Source of the DNA: Takakia lepidozioides
Taxonomy: Eukaryota; Plantae; Bryophyta
Assembly: GCA_030704615.1 (NCBI GenBank)
Contig: CM060731.1
Coordinates: forward strand, 87,234,001 to 87,298,000
Direction: 5' to 3'
DNA length: 64,000 nt
Shown one piece after another: positions 11,550-24,400 of the stretch. The stretch's first letter is position 1. Every line of letters starts with the position of its first letter. Position numbers and translations under genes: made by a program. The notes beneath the pieces are model-generated. The model ran no database searches and had not been told where the DNA came from. It saw nothing but the letters and a program-made list of their open reading frames with translations.

Positions 11550-13255
11550 GAGGGGGTAAAAGGTGACTTGTAGAGCAGTGGTTGCTGCTCTTCTCACATG
11601 AGTGACGGACGTCAGGCACAGGAAAACCCAGAAGGGCTTGTGACCTTTTCAGATAGAATGTTACTTTGTTCCAGAGTATGGTCCTCTGAGGTGCAGAATG
11701 GATCCAATCATTTCTTAGGTCAAGAATTATCATGAGCACTGCGAAATCCATGAGAGGTCCATGCGAGTCATGAACCAAGTTAGATTGTAGTTAGGAATGG
11801 TGCGTTTATTTCATGGGTAGGGTCCTTGGGTATCCAATCTTTTCTGTTTTATTGTGGGAGCCAAGAATTGGGACTCCCAGGAGCATCCTGTTTAGGAGCT
11901 TCTAGACCCTTCCGGATTCGAGTCGACGTCGTAGTTCGCAGTGAGCAATTTACCATGAGCTGTGCACATCCATGAGAGGTCCCTTCAAACCATGTCAAGT
12001 AGGGTAGAACCAAAAGTCCTTCCAAGGCTATTGTAGAGTAGAATCATCAATTTGCACCGCGCACATCTCTCTTACATCATCTAGGGGATTCGAACCCAGT
12101 CCGGTGGGGGAGAATGACGGTTTTGAAGTTTTTTAATCTGAGAACTCCAACTCTCTCTGAAGAGGGCGAGCTGGGTGGTTTTGAAACTTTTTTTTGGCTT
12201 TTGCTTTTTATTTCCTCCTCTCTCCTGGAAGACTCGAACTCTCTCCGAGGAGGAAGAGCTATCTTTACTCAAGGGAGTTGTTGACTCCAAGGGATATTAG
12301 AGATACCCTAGTAGGGGGATTTTTACGAACCAGAGATCCTGGATTCTCTTACACTCGGGACGAGTGTTCTCCATTGGTCGCCATATGTGTAGATGCATAT
12401 ATTGGTATATTTTTCTTTTGAGATCGTTTTTTATCATAAGACAAGCGGTTTCGGCATTGTAATGCCAAAACAGGTTAGTTTGTTAGTTATTTGGAAATCG
12501 TTAGTAAAGCACGTAGGAAATTAGACAGTGTCTGAGACGACAATGGAAAAGAATTCTGACGTCAAGATGACCGTAGGAAGCTGCATTGACATCATATTAG
12601 ACTGCCAATTCGGTACCAGAAACGGCGAGTTAATCATGTTCGAACAATACAGGACGACTGTTCCAGTCCCAGATTGCGATCTCTCTTTTCTCCCGCCTTT
12701 CAAGTCCAGTAGGAACACACGGCGAGGATCTTGGCAATTGGTGGAAGCGACATATATAGCGATGAAATATCGCAACAAAGCAATTGGCCGCATCGAAACG
12801 ACAGCAGGTCAGGACGACTTCAAACGGCGAAGCGTGGACTTGTTAGCGGTGCAAGACAACTGGAGGGGACTCCGGACAACCTATGACTCAGTGGCAGGGT
12901 CAAAGACCCCAGAGCCATCACCAGGGATTTGATTTCCAATTATACCACAAAATATGTGTGTAGCGAAAATACGACAAATGGCGAGAAGCGCAATGTTTTA
13001 CCACCGATGGAGCTGAGAATTTACAGGCTGATACGGGATATATAATTGTAGTTTGTCACCAAGTTTGATGATTTATGGAGCTGATTAGCAACGGGGCCAA
13101 ATTATTGAGTCAATGGCACTCACAAAGCCTATTATTTGCATTTCTACTTCTTGGATGGATGAAGAATCCAGGAATTCGCCTTGAGGAGCTAGATGGATGA
13201 AAAGACAGCTTTCATTTGCCTCTAAGACTTTTCATCCATGTAGAATAGTATATTA
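11550..13255 (+). repeat. Polypurine tract (11550-11561) and partial right LTR (11562-13255) of copy A
   Basis: GAGGGGGTAAAA is followed by GGTGAC; the homologous position in copy B (62293, minus) reads GAGGGGGTAAAA|TGTGAC. Homology to the left LTR ends at ...AGAATAGTATATTA (13255). Confidence 0.8.
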
Positions 13256-13256
13256 A

Positions 13257-16200
13257 CCCAATGCCCCCCTACCCCCACCCTCTCCCACATATCACAACTC
13301 CCTATCACAACTCCCTGCCCATAGACACCGCCGACCTACCAAATGCATATATCACCCCTGTTATGAACATACATACAACCCAACCCCCTCCATCCACCTC
13401 TCACCACACCACCCAGCCACCAGTTCCACCAACACGCACACCACCCCATACATGGTCATACCCAACCTCCATCCACCCGCTTCTTACCCCCTTCTTAACC
13501 TCACACACGCTATCCCACCCCCCACAACCTCCCTCATAACGCATTGCCGCCACGGCCGATATAAACTGCAACCCTTTGCATCCAAACACTCTCTACATCA
13601 CCCTCCATCACACCAAAACCAATTTAAACTCGCATGTGACGCACTTCTCCTTATAAGATGTGGGGACATACATCCTAACCCGGGCCCAGATAATATCACT
13701 AGCATCATTGATACCCTCCCTCTCGACTCTCAAGAAAGATACACCCTCTACTTCCAAACAAACACGGTCGCACTTCAACCGACATATCAACACATCTACG
13801 AACACTTCAGGCCCTTTCTCGTCTCTCCACTCCCAACCAAACCCCACCCCACATACCCAATTACCACCTTTGGCCTCCCTACAAGTGATCACGCCGCGCT
13901 AGTCTAGACAGCACACAAACTACACCAATATCCCACACGACACCTTCTATTCTCCCTTGTCATAAACATCTCTCCACTCCCAACCATCTGTAACGACTTC
14001 CTCATAGCCCACCCAGACACACCTGTTTCTGCCCTTCTACACAACTTGCACCTACTGCCCGCCCATCCCCACAATTACCTAGCACCTCCCCATCACCTAA
14101 CTGAACTGCAAAACTCACTCCAACTCCTCCAATCCAACCCCGGAGATGTCCACAAAATACTCGGCGAATACCTCTCCAACTCTACCCTCGACCCACACAT
14201 TATCTCTAACAAATTCCCATTTCTCTCTGAACACATTTTAAACGCGACCCTAAAAGCCCACTCCACAATCCTTGGCTTTCAACCACGGCCTAGCCCACAC
14301 CTATCCCCCCTCCCTGGACACCCCCGCCACACACCCCCCACCAAACGAACACATCTCCTTCCAACCCAACCCCCAACTAGACACACACGCCCCCCGCACA
14401 GAAAGCGCACTCACTCTGTATTACTACTTGGAATATAGGCTCCCTAGCAACTAGTATCCGAAGTCTCATACATCTTCTCAATGACTCTGCCTCCCCACAT
14501 ATTATCCTTCTACAAGAAACCAAACTCCAATACTAACACTCTCAATAGCTCCTACCTGAACAAACTTATTATATGCTCTATGGTAACCCACTAACAGCGG
14601 CACAATGCCTATCCCGGCGATCAGCTCCCTACCATCCCTCCCGTGGGGGTGTCGCGCTTGACATCCTCCGTACGCACCACTCGGCTAGCACCACTACCAA
14701 AATCAATATTCCCATCCCGTTGTGGTCACACCTCCAAATCATACAAATACACTTACCCGCCCTTTCCCCTGTTACCCTTATCCATTTATACATGCCATCG
14801 CACACCGATGATCTCTCGCTAATCTCGGATATCCTGCATATAATTTCAAACACCGTCCCGAAAGGCAACACCACAGCTTCATAATGGCCAGAGATTTTAA
14901 CAAAGACATAGCAATGCTTGGTCACACTCATAACGGCACCCACAAGCCTCCTACGGCACCCGACCACGCATCGGCTGAGTTCATCCACCTCCACCAATTT
15001 CATTACATCCCCGCCGACCACCACTACTCTAGACAGGGGGGCCTAAATTACTCCTCATTAAGCACACTAGACGGCTTCTACCTCAAAACACAAAATGACA
15101 CTCCACCATACCTCAAGAGCCACATACACATCAATAGCCTCTGCAACTCTGACCACTACCCGGTATCTATAACCTTCCCTCCTTCGCTCATCCCATTCCG
15201 TCCCATCCCATCCACACACACTCCACTCTCCCAATCCCGTATACTATCCCCATTGCCTCAGCGAAATATAGAAGCATTCCAACACCTCTTTCATCCATCA
15301 GTTGCCTCGAGCATATCCCAACTATCTGACATACACTTGTATACCCACCATGCCCTGTCTCCTGAAGACACATGGCATCAAGCCGAGCTTCAACTTACTA
15401 CCATTATGACAGAAATGACCAAATGTGTTTTAGCTACATGTTACGCTCCCCCGGACGTCCCACAAACCACCCGCTCCACACAAAATGGCGGTTATCTAAC
15501 ACATACACCTCGACTCAACACCTTAATACCTACCACACGATCCGTCGCGCCCTTACCATCATACCCCAATCACCCACAACGCATCCCGACAACAACTGGA
15601 GGACCGACTCGCGTATTACCTGTCTCAACACCCTCCCCTCCTGTCAAGCACTTGTACCCCACCTAGTGACAACTCCGCTCTTCCGCACTAGTGTGCGGCC
15701 CTATCCAAAGTAGGCAGGGAAGCTAAGAAAGCAGCATACTCCATCACTAAACAAAAAAGCCGCTGATAACCATAAAAAATTTGTGTCTTCCTTCAACCAA
15801 TTACTACATGACCACCCAAAAAAAGCCCATAAAGCTATATTTAACCCATCACTCAACCCACCCATTGATTGCCTACGACACCGAGCGGGCCACTTAATAA
15901 CTGACCCAGCGGCCATCAACAAAGAAATATGGGAGCAAGCCTCATCAACCTATACACCTACAATTCCAAACTGCTTGCATCCACACATACATCCCACTGA
16001 TTGTGTATGCCAAATCAAACACTACCCATGGCATGACATAGATGGCTTTGCATTAGACAAGAGAAGCTCCCCTGGCGATTCCATCCTGGACTATTTCACC
16101 ATTGACCTCTATGAGACATGCCTCAAAGCCCTCTCTAAGTCCAAGGCCCCCGGCCCGGACCTCATACCAAATGCTATCCTCCGAGCGTTAGATCCACAGC

Positions 16201-18240
16201 TTCACCACCTCATTTTTACATTTTTCAGGTTCTGCTATCAACTAAAACGCATCCCGCAATCCTGGAAACGCAGCCGCACCATCCTACTGTTTAAGAAAGG
16301 CGACCCTACTGACCTTAGTAATTACCGACCCATTGCTTTAGCCAATACTATATACAAACTATTCACCAGTACGCTTACCACAATGCTTTCTGCCTATGGA
16401 GAACAACACCGCATACTCAGTGACCCACAAGAAGGCTTCAGAGCCACACGTAGCACCACTAGACAAATACAATACGTTATCTCAGCACTCGAAGATGCCA
16501 AACTCACCAAACAAGATATCTATCTCCTCCATATCGACTTTAAGAATGCTTTTGGCTCCTTAGACCACGGGCGATTACTTGCCATTATGACTGACCTAGG
16601 GTACCCCACAGATGCCATCCAGCTTATAGGAAACATTTACACAAACAGTACCACTGAATACACAGGGACCTACTACGGCTCCACTTCCCCCATCCCGATC
16701 CTACGAGGCACCATCCAAGGCGACACCCTCAGTCCGTACCTATTTATCATTTTCCTAGAACCCCTTCTCCGATGGTTTGCCAGGGCGAAACTAGGCTACC
16801 ATTACAAAACCTCCCCCAGTGAAATCTCTGCTGCAGCCTACGCGGACGACCTCGCTATCCTAGCCCACAAGCCCCAACACCTAAACCGCCAAGTTTCCAA
16901 ACTACACCGCTTCAACATATGGTCTCGTATGGAACTCAATCTCCACAAATGCGCCATCACTGCGCCCCCGCAGCCGACTCTCCAAAACCGCTATTTCCTT
17001 GCACTGTAAGCTTTATGTCCACTATCCCTTCCCCTTTCTCGGACCTGATGAGCCATACACATATCTTGGCATCCAACTAGTTCCCTCCCTCACATGGCAT
17101 ATACAAAAAGCCTCTACCACAACCAAACTGCTCACCAATAGCCTAGCCCTCCTCAAATCCCCGATTGCCATCAGACCCAAACTATCCATTATACAAACTG
17201 TACTCAAAACCCAAATCCAATATTCCTTCCATGCTGCACCCTTCTCCCTCCTTGATATCAAAAAAATCGATAAGAATATCGTCCAGCTCACAAAACGGAT
17301 GTGCCGCCTAGTCACTAGTACCCCCAATGCCCTTACCCAACTCCCTACCGACTGTTATGGTATCGGATCCAGCCCCTTAATCATCTGCTATGCCCGCACA
17401 CTCGGTACACAAATCAATGAAGCCGTCAATGTCGACCTTGGCCGCTTAAGTATAATCTACCAGGGACTCCTCAAATTCCTTGCCCTCAAATACAATGGTC
17501 TATACTCCCTCCCCTCATTACACTCATAGGCTTGCCTGCACTCTCCCATCGCACGTACCCTGCTCATCCTACGACAAATGAATATCAGCATACAAACAGA
17601 CCTACCAAACTATCCCATTACCTCGTCACAACTCGAACGCGCATGGCTTACCAGCCCTTACCTCTCACAACTAAACACCTCCCACCCTAAACAAAGAACG
17701 CCCACCCTTACCTACTTCCGGGAAAGACACATCACCACCCTCACCCAACTCATCACCGCCACCGGACATAGACTTATCACACCTAAAGAATTCACCCTCA
17801 AATACTCTAGAGCCACCACCAAAACCTGTCGATACCTCCATTCCCTCCGCACCCTATTTTGTCATCCCTCACCCTCTTGTACCTTGGACTGTATAATCCC
17901 ATGTCCATACTTCCCCCACACCCCCCAGGATCTACTCCCCCAGTACCGCACCGACCCTACAACATCCATCCTCCAACAACTTCAAACCACACGAGCTAAC
18001 CATGACAGTGCACCCCACTCCACCCCGCACCTCCTACACCACTTATCACCCCCCTCCCAAACCCTGCTGAGCCCAGACTGCCCCCCATGCCCCCCTTTAG
18101 ACCCCTCAAACATTACCTCTCCCCTCAACACCTAGCACCACCACCGCATGACAGCCAGTCACACAACTCCGAAAACCCGGATGCATATGTTATTGAAGCT
18201 ATTCTAGGCATCAAAACCCAAACATCGATAGAATCTTTTG
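13257..18240 (+). mobile_element. Non-LTR retrotransposon (LINE; APE endonuclease plus reverse transcriptase), degenerate and 3'-truncated
   Basis: Strongly C/A-rich coding strand. APE motifs: ITTWNIGSL (~14420), IILLQETKL (~14500), DFNKD (~14893), LDGF (~15068), SDHYPV (~15148). RT motifs in 15783-17529. No poly-A tail or TSD found. Confidence 0.9.
15783..17529 (+). pseudogene. LINE reverse transcriptase domain (frameshifted near 16970-17010)
   Basis: KAPGPDLIPN, NYRPIALANTIYKLFT, QEGFR, IDFKNAFGSLDH, RGTIQGDTLSPYLF, YADDL, then PYTYLGI in the next frame. Confidence 0.92.
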
Positions 18241-18954
18241 GTGCCACATGTGTAGACACTTAAGGGCTACTGCTTTCCATTTGGAAGGTGGACACCTTTC
18301 TAATGGCTGTAACCTCCCCTAAGGAAAGTCCCCAGGTAACCACACATTAGGTGACCAGTTGACCCAAAGACCCCCTTTCATAGCTAGGTTGGCTACAAGG
18401 GGTGACACACACAACACACACCTATGTGGCTTTGAACCCCACGACTGCTTAAGGTGGCCTTGTGCCCTAACCACTGGGCCATCTGTTGGATGCTTTCTGC
18501 AGAATAAAAGAGTACCTCCAAGTTGTAGGCAATTTGCTGGGCACTTGCAGCCTCAGATTCAGCAGATTGGACCCTCTCTGTAACATCCAGGATGGTGGCC
18601 TCCAGCTCCTCTTCTCCCTGTTCCGAGCAAGAATGAGGCTACCAGAGTGAAGCGACAAGTGCAATGGATCGAGAAATCGAAGTGAGTCTTACCAACAAGC
18701 AAGGGACGTAGGGCACCGTGACGTAGTTATGAGGATTCTTTAGGGCAGGTCACAGGTACTATTGTTCAAAAGGAGGCCAACTAAAGGTTGCGAGCAAAAG
18801 ATGAGCCTAGAGCATGGGTGGTGCCTGGGGTACGCCTCCCAAAACACCTGAGTATTCAAGGCAAGAAAGCTGGAATGTGATTTGGGCATTGGGATGGAAG
18901 CTACTGAAGCAACACCATAGTATGTAAGTCATGGACAGACATCAGAGGGACAGG

Positions 18955-20760
18955 TCATCGTTGAGGATTAAGCAAACCCTGCCGTAGAGAAATCCAGGTT
19001 TCACTCTTAGCCACAACCAAAGAAAGCAGAAAGAGGATTGAAGGGTACAGAACTTGGCTGGCTTGATGGATTAGCTGGTCCTTGAGTGAAGAGATCTCTT
19101 CTTGAGCTGCTGCCACTCTTCGCTGCTCCCTTATCAGGCTGGCATTCTGCATATCCCAGAATGATGATAAGCAAACAAAAGTGTGTAAATAACAAGTCCA
19201 CATCCTCATCGGGTATCAACATGGGCTAGAAAGAGTCAGGAGGGGAAATGTGGACGAGGACACAGCGTGATATCCACCCGTGGAATCCCCCAACAAAAAA
19301 CAGATCCTCTCATCTTTCAGGGGTTGAACAGGATATCGCTCACAGAGACAGATACCTGTTGGGTGTTCTCTTCCTTCAGATCCTTGCAACTGAAGCTCAA
19401 ACTCAGAAATCTGTGAACGCAAACATTGGATTCAGAAGCCTGTGCTCTCAGGGCCTGCAGCTCTCCATTGAGCCTCACGAAACGACTTCTTCTTGAACTC
19501 ATTCGCATCAGCATCTATTTTTTCCAGGACATCATGAAGCTGTTCCTGTAGGTTCGGCAACTGGCTGTGTAAGCTTGTATTTTCTTGCACAATGGTCACC
19601 CTCCATCCCACCTGTGAGAAAGATCAGCAAAACAAATTTAATGAATGAATCTGGAGATTGTGACTAGAGGGATGAAGCATGAGGAACAGGAGCAAAAGAA
19701 ATGAAGGTTTGCCAACTAAGCTGCCCATGTTTGAAGACTGCCAAACTCCTCACTTGACTTTGCCAAGCTCTCCACTGCAGCCTTCTACTGGGCATCAGAG
19801 ATATCAGCTCTTTCTTCAGCAGCCACCACCCTTGCCTGCAGCTCCATGGCTACATCCTCTGCCTCCTTCAACCAAGTGGACACATTTCTATGATCGAAAA
19901 TGGGTTCAATAAAAGGCAAGGAGAAACATACACTTTCAGAGAATGTCTACCTACCGCCAATTTCATTGATCTAATTTGATGTAAGGATGTATCATTTGCA
20001 AGACACTCAACTTGTACTTCTTCTGTAATCAGTTGAACTTAGAAGTCAGAGCAACTGTCGTCATCTATCAAAATCAAATCCTTTACCTCTACGCAATGGG
20101 ATCTGTGTACAAGAGGTTCAGTCATGTCTACACAGTACTAGAACCTTAAGTGCTTTTTTCTGCCTTACTGATTGTGAGTCCAAGATTTGTGCCTTTTCCT
20201 GCAGTACTGAAGCCTCCAAATTCATCACAGCATGTGACTTTGGATTGCCATCACGAGAGCTTCCAGAGAAGTAGCCTTATCTGCAGCATCCTTACCCTGA
20301 GATTTGTGGCAGCAAGTAAATCCTCAAGCAAAATCGCTCAAACAATTGCTTTGCACTACCCTCACGGTGGGTGGCCCTATCCTCTGCAATTTTGGCTCTT
20401 TCTTCCCATTCAACCTCCTTTACTTGTGACATGGTAAGCTCCTGTTCCAATTCAGCCACCCTGGTTTCCAAAGGGGCAAGTTTCCCTCTTGACTCCCTTG
20501 CCTTTGCTTGGTGTGCATCCATTAACCCCTCAAGCACCAATTGTTCCATTGAGGGTGACCCTATCTTCATGTGTTGATCTCTCTTCCAATTCTTCCTGTT
20601 AGTTGTATAGTATAAGCATGCCAGGTATTAACTATTACAAACTTATATCATGTAACAGCCTGCTAAGTTTGATGCTAACAATCTCAAATGGAGGTGCTAA
20701 TACCACACAAAAGATCCAAAAGCATCCTTACCTGAGTTTGCGTCTACAAATGTCATTGGT
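18955..20760 (-). pseudogene. Probable multi-exon coiled-coil protein gene fragment, function unknown
   Basis: Heptad-rich pieces: RVAELEQELTMSQVKEVEWEERAKIAEDR (20570-20292), NGELQALRAQASE / QISEFELQLQGSE (~19510-19360) and NASLIREQRRVAAAQEEISSLKDQLIHQASQ (~19150-19050). Several are bounded by GT/AG. The frames do not join cleanly. Confidence 0.4.
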
Positions 20761-21483
20761 CCCCTTGTAATTGTGGGTAGCACAGTAGGCTCTATAATTT
20801 CACTGGACATTCGACTTCATTAACTTTGTTAACCTAATTATTCATCTTGAAGAATACGGTAGAGTATAGCTAAAGAGTAGTGTAACAACTCCCTCAACAG
20901 CTCTATCCATAAACAGGGTCAACACCTTAATATCATCTCTCAGAACCAGAATGTGCTAAGGAGAGAAAGCAGCATCACATATTCAAGGTGTACATGGGAA
21001 GGTCACGGTTCAGTTCAAGTTTTCTCTTTCACTGCTATGCCATGGTGTTGGTCCATGACATTTCTAGCAAAAATGCAATAGACATTGATGAAATTTATAA
21101 TAATAGTCCTGATGTAGCTCCTCGGTGTCTTTGTAACTCAAAGTCCACTCTCTAAGCAAATAATCTGGACTAAAAATGGTGAAGCTAAAAGAAACACATT
21201 CATTGATACAAGGCATATTCATCATTCAATCAGGCTTGAAGAGGATCTCAACCAATCTATCGCAGGCCTATGCACGCACCAGAATGAAGAACGACTTCCA
21301 ACCCAAATTGGCCATGTATTCACATAAAGTGGGATGGCAAGTACATTTCACCACATTAATTCAAGTTAAACTGGGGTGATCAAATCTCACCTCTTCCACC
21401 TCTCCTCTCCACTTTCTGTGGCCCCCTGTGCCTGTCACTGTCTCACTCCTGGTTTCCAAAGTTGAAAAACTAGGACAACTAGC

Positions 21484-24400
21484 TCACTCTGAATCTGGGT
21501 CGCCGTCAATGATATCAGGAAGCTGTGCTCCCTCTGAATCAGACTCTGACCCAATATCCACTGTGGCGATAGGAAAGGTGAATGTGTTCCCAGTCATCGA
21601 AAAGATTGAGTTATTCACAGGAAAACTAGATTCAGTGGGCCCTTGGGTGCCCATTTCCAAATCACAGTCCAAATTTCTTTCTGTATGTGGCAGGCCTCCA
21701 TCTCGTGCTGCAAGCTTCATTGCATCATCGCCAAGTGCAGAGTCCATAGCCTCTCCATCTTGGCTTATGATTTCAGGTCTGGAGTCCTGAAAAATATCTC
21801 TTTTTGATGAGGAGTCCGCTGGAGGTGAAGCACCCATGACAGGAGCTGAACCCTGGACACCTACATTTGGGTCTCTAAGAGGTCCCTCTGGCAACAATTC
21901 TCTTAAGGCCACTCCCTGGCCTCCCTCACTGGTTCTTTGCATAGGTAATGCATCTCTTAAAACTTCTATTTGTTTTTGCACCTCCATGGGGCCATCCCCC
22001 ATCTTGTTGTCAATTTGACCAACAGTTACAGATCCGTGTCCGTCCCCATTCAACTGATCCCCACCATAGCTGGGAGTGCCTCCCAAGCCTCCTTCATTGA
22101 AATCCTCCACCAGCATCCCATCATTTTCTGAGTAAAACAAGTTGTCATCCTCCCCAAAGTCTTCCCCATATCCAAGCCATGTATCAACCTCCGCCCATGG
22201 ATCCATGGCCAGCTGTCCAATTTTCAGTGGAGGAGGTATGACCGAAAGACCATTCGTGCAACCAGTTGGGACTCCCCCAAGGGGACTAGCTGCTGAGGAG
22301 GGTTTGCTGGATTTCTGCAAGTGAGAGACTAGAGTTCCACTTGCTGTGGCACGACCGGTTGCAATGCCAGCTGCAACAGCTGCAGGAGTGCCAGCTGGCG
22401 GTAGGCAGCGAGGGTGGATAAGAGGCTCTAGGGCCAAGAGGGCATGTGAACACACTTCAGCTACCTCTGTCCCTGCTTCTTGCCGGCCTGCACAGGACAA
22501 AATCAACTATGCTCACATCAGACATGTCCTATGAGTTGAAGTTTGACTGGGATTCTAGCAGGATGCAGATGCTAACTGTCAGGATATTTACTGAGTATTT
22601 CCAGCAAATGTTGCTTGACACTGCACTGTTGAAGTTGTCCGCTGCGAATAACATACAAGCTCCTAGCTACAAAGAGTCCAATTCCCTTTAGAGATTTTCG
22701 GACTGTGACTTGCTGCAGGAGTGGTGTAGGTTGAAGGGGGTAAATCTACCAAGGGTAATGTGTTGAACGTACAGAGCAGGGTATCCTGCATGAAGGTGTG
22801 CACATTCACTTAAAGCAGCAGAAAATAGCAGAGTACACTATATGGCGAATAAAGGCAACTGTCAATTTATGAAGATACCAGTGTCTTGAAATGACACTGG
22901 CAAGGGCTCAAAGAAGCACATAATTGACACTTCCGGGGAAAAAACGAATCATTACACAGTAGCGAAAATGCCCTACAATTGCCGTTCATATGCGGTTGCT
23001 TCTTTTTGGCAGAGAAGGGTGCTTTACCATTTCGGAAGACTGCCAGTCCCTGGCCCAGATAAGGAGGCCGGTGACAGCATGGTGATAAGAGTGAAGCCAA
23101 CCAGGCTTGGTAAGCCGCTACCTGGAAGGCTCCTGACGATACACACGTCTTTGTGCCTTCCATGTAGCAACTCTCCTCTTCAAAAGTTAGACTACCAGAG
23201 ATGGTGCCCGTTGCAGCTCCCATAGCGACGCTAGCCAGCACTGCATCCACTTCGGCTCTCCAGCGATCAGGAAGCAAAGCTCCCCCCTGCATAAAAATAG
23301 CAACAAAACCTCGTGAGACTGCTTAAACAAACCCTAAGGCATTTCTTCAGAAGATTGCTCATTGCAAATGAGTAAGTTTTTATCTCAAGAGATACAACTC
23401 CTTCATTCTTGTGAGTGAGGTAGTCTCATTTAGCAATGACTCTGAACAAAAACGCTACAGTCCAAAGGGAACACGGCACTTTTCTTCTATCTTCACATTC
23501 TCCAAAGTTGCCTCTACATGAACTCCCACTGATACCAGGTCTAGTGCAGCACAGAAAGATGGGGCCATGTCCCTCCATATCGAAGGAAAAGACCGTGCGA
23601 AAAGACTGTGCAAACAGATAGTGGATGCCTGACAAAACTGATCGAGAAACTCTAGAGCAGCCAACTTACAGAAGTAAGAAGAGCCTCCAGTGCTTGGAGA
23701 GCTGCAATTTGAACTGCAGCAGGTGCCGTCCCTTCCCCTGCACTGGTTGTTGTATAGCCTACCCCATTGACTGAGTGCTCGCCTGGCAAGCCACCTGGTT
23801 CCTTGCGCTTACGATGGTTAGTCGATTGGGCACCACCCCACCCCCCTGGAGTCCAAACTGAGTTGCTCATGCGTGGCGCGCGTACAAATTTGGGAGAGAA
23901 TATGTTGGACCCTGAAGTTGATCCCTTCAGATCAGAAAGTGCATTACCGACTACAGCTGGTGCCAGTGCTGATGCCATCCCTGCCACCGCATCCCACAAA
24001 TTTGGTTCTACTGTGTTGAACTTTAAAGCTCAACTAAGAAAGAGCAAACCATGAAACTAGAAAACCTAAACCAGCACAGGGCAAATATCACACATCATGA
24101 CTCCTCAAAATGTGTCCTTGTTTCCAGATTAACAAACCCTCCTTAGTCACTTTGGAAAATAAACCTAAAGGAAATAATTTTTACAGATACATCTTCTCTG
24201 ACCTAACTTATGTTCTGTGGTGAGCCTCTCTATATGACCAGAAATAAACTGCATGCACACATGCACAGAAATGTAGAAAAGACAATAAGACCAACCTTCC
24301 ACCCAATTCCCATAAAATAGAGGAGTCTTGTTGGCAACAATGACTTATAAAGAGAGGCATTAAAAAAATAAAAAAATAAAAAAATCAATTTTGCTTGGCC

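Larger units (their letters stand above)
3866..13255 (+). mobile_element. Ty3/gypsy non-chromovirus LTR retrotransposon, copy A (pol deleted, very long LTRs)
   Basis: Order: LTR 3866-7274, PBS 7279-7296, extra ORF, gag 9146-10942, PPT 11550-11561, LTR from 11562. From 10936 onward it matches the reverse complement of 62926 downward in copy B, so pol is deleted. The right LTR is cut off by a LINE at 13256. Confidence 0.9.

Noticed and set aside
12528-12932. 134-aa ORF inside the LTR (also ~4007-4410 and 61308-60905)
   Set aside because: It is interrupted by stops in two of the three copies, most differences beyond the first few codons are non-synonymous, and no motif is recognisable.
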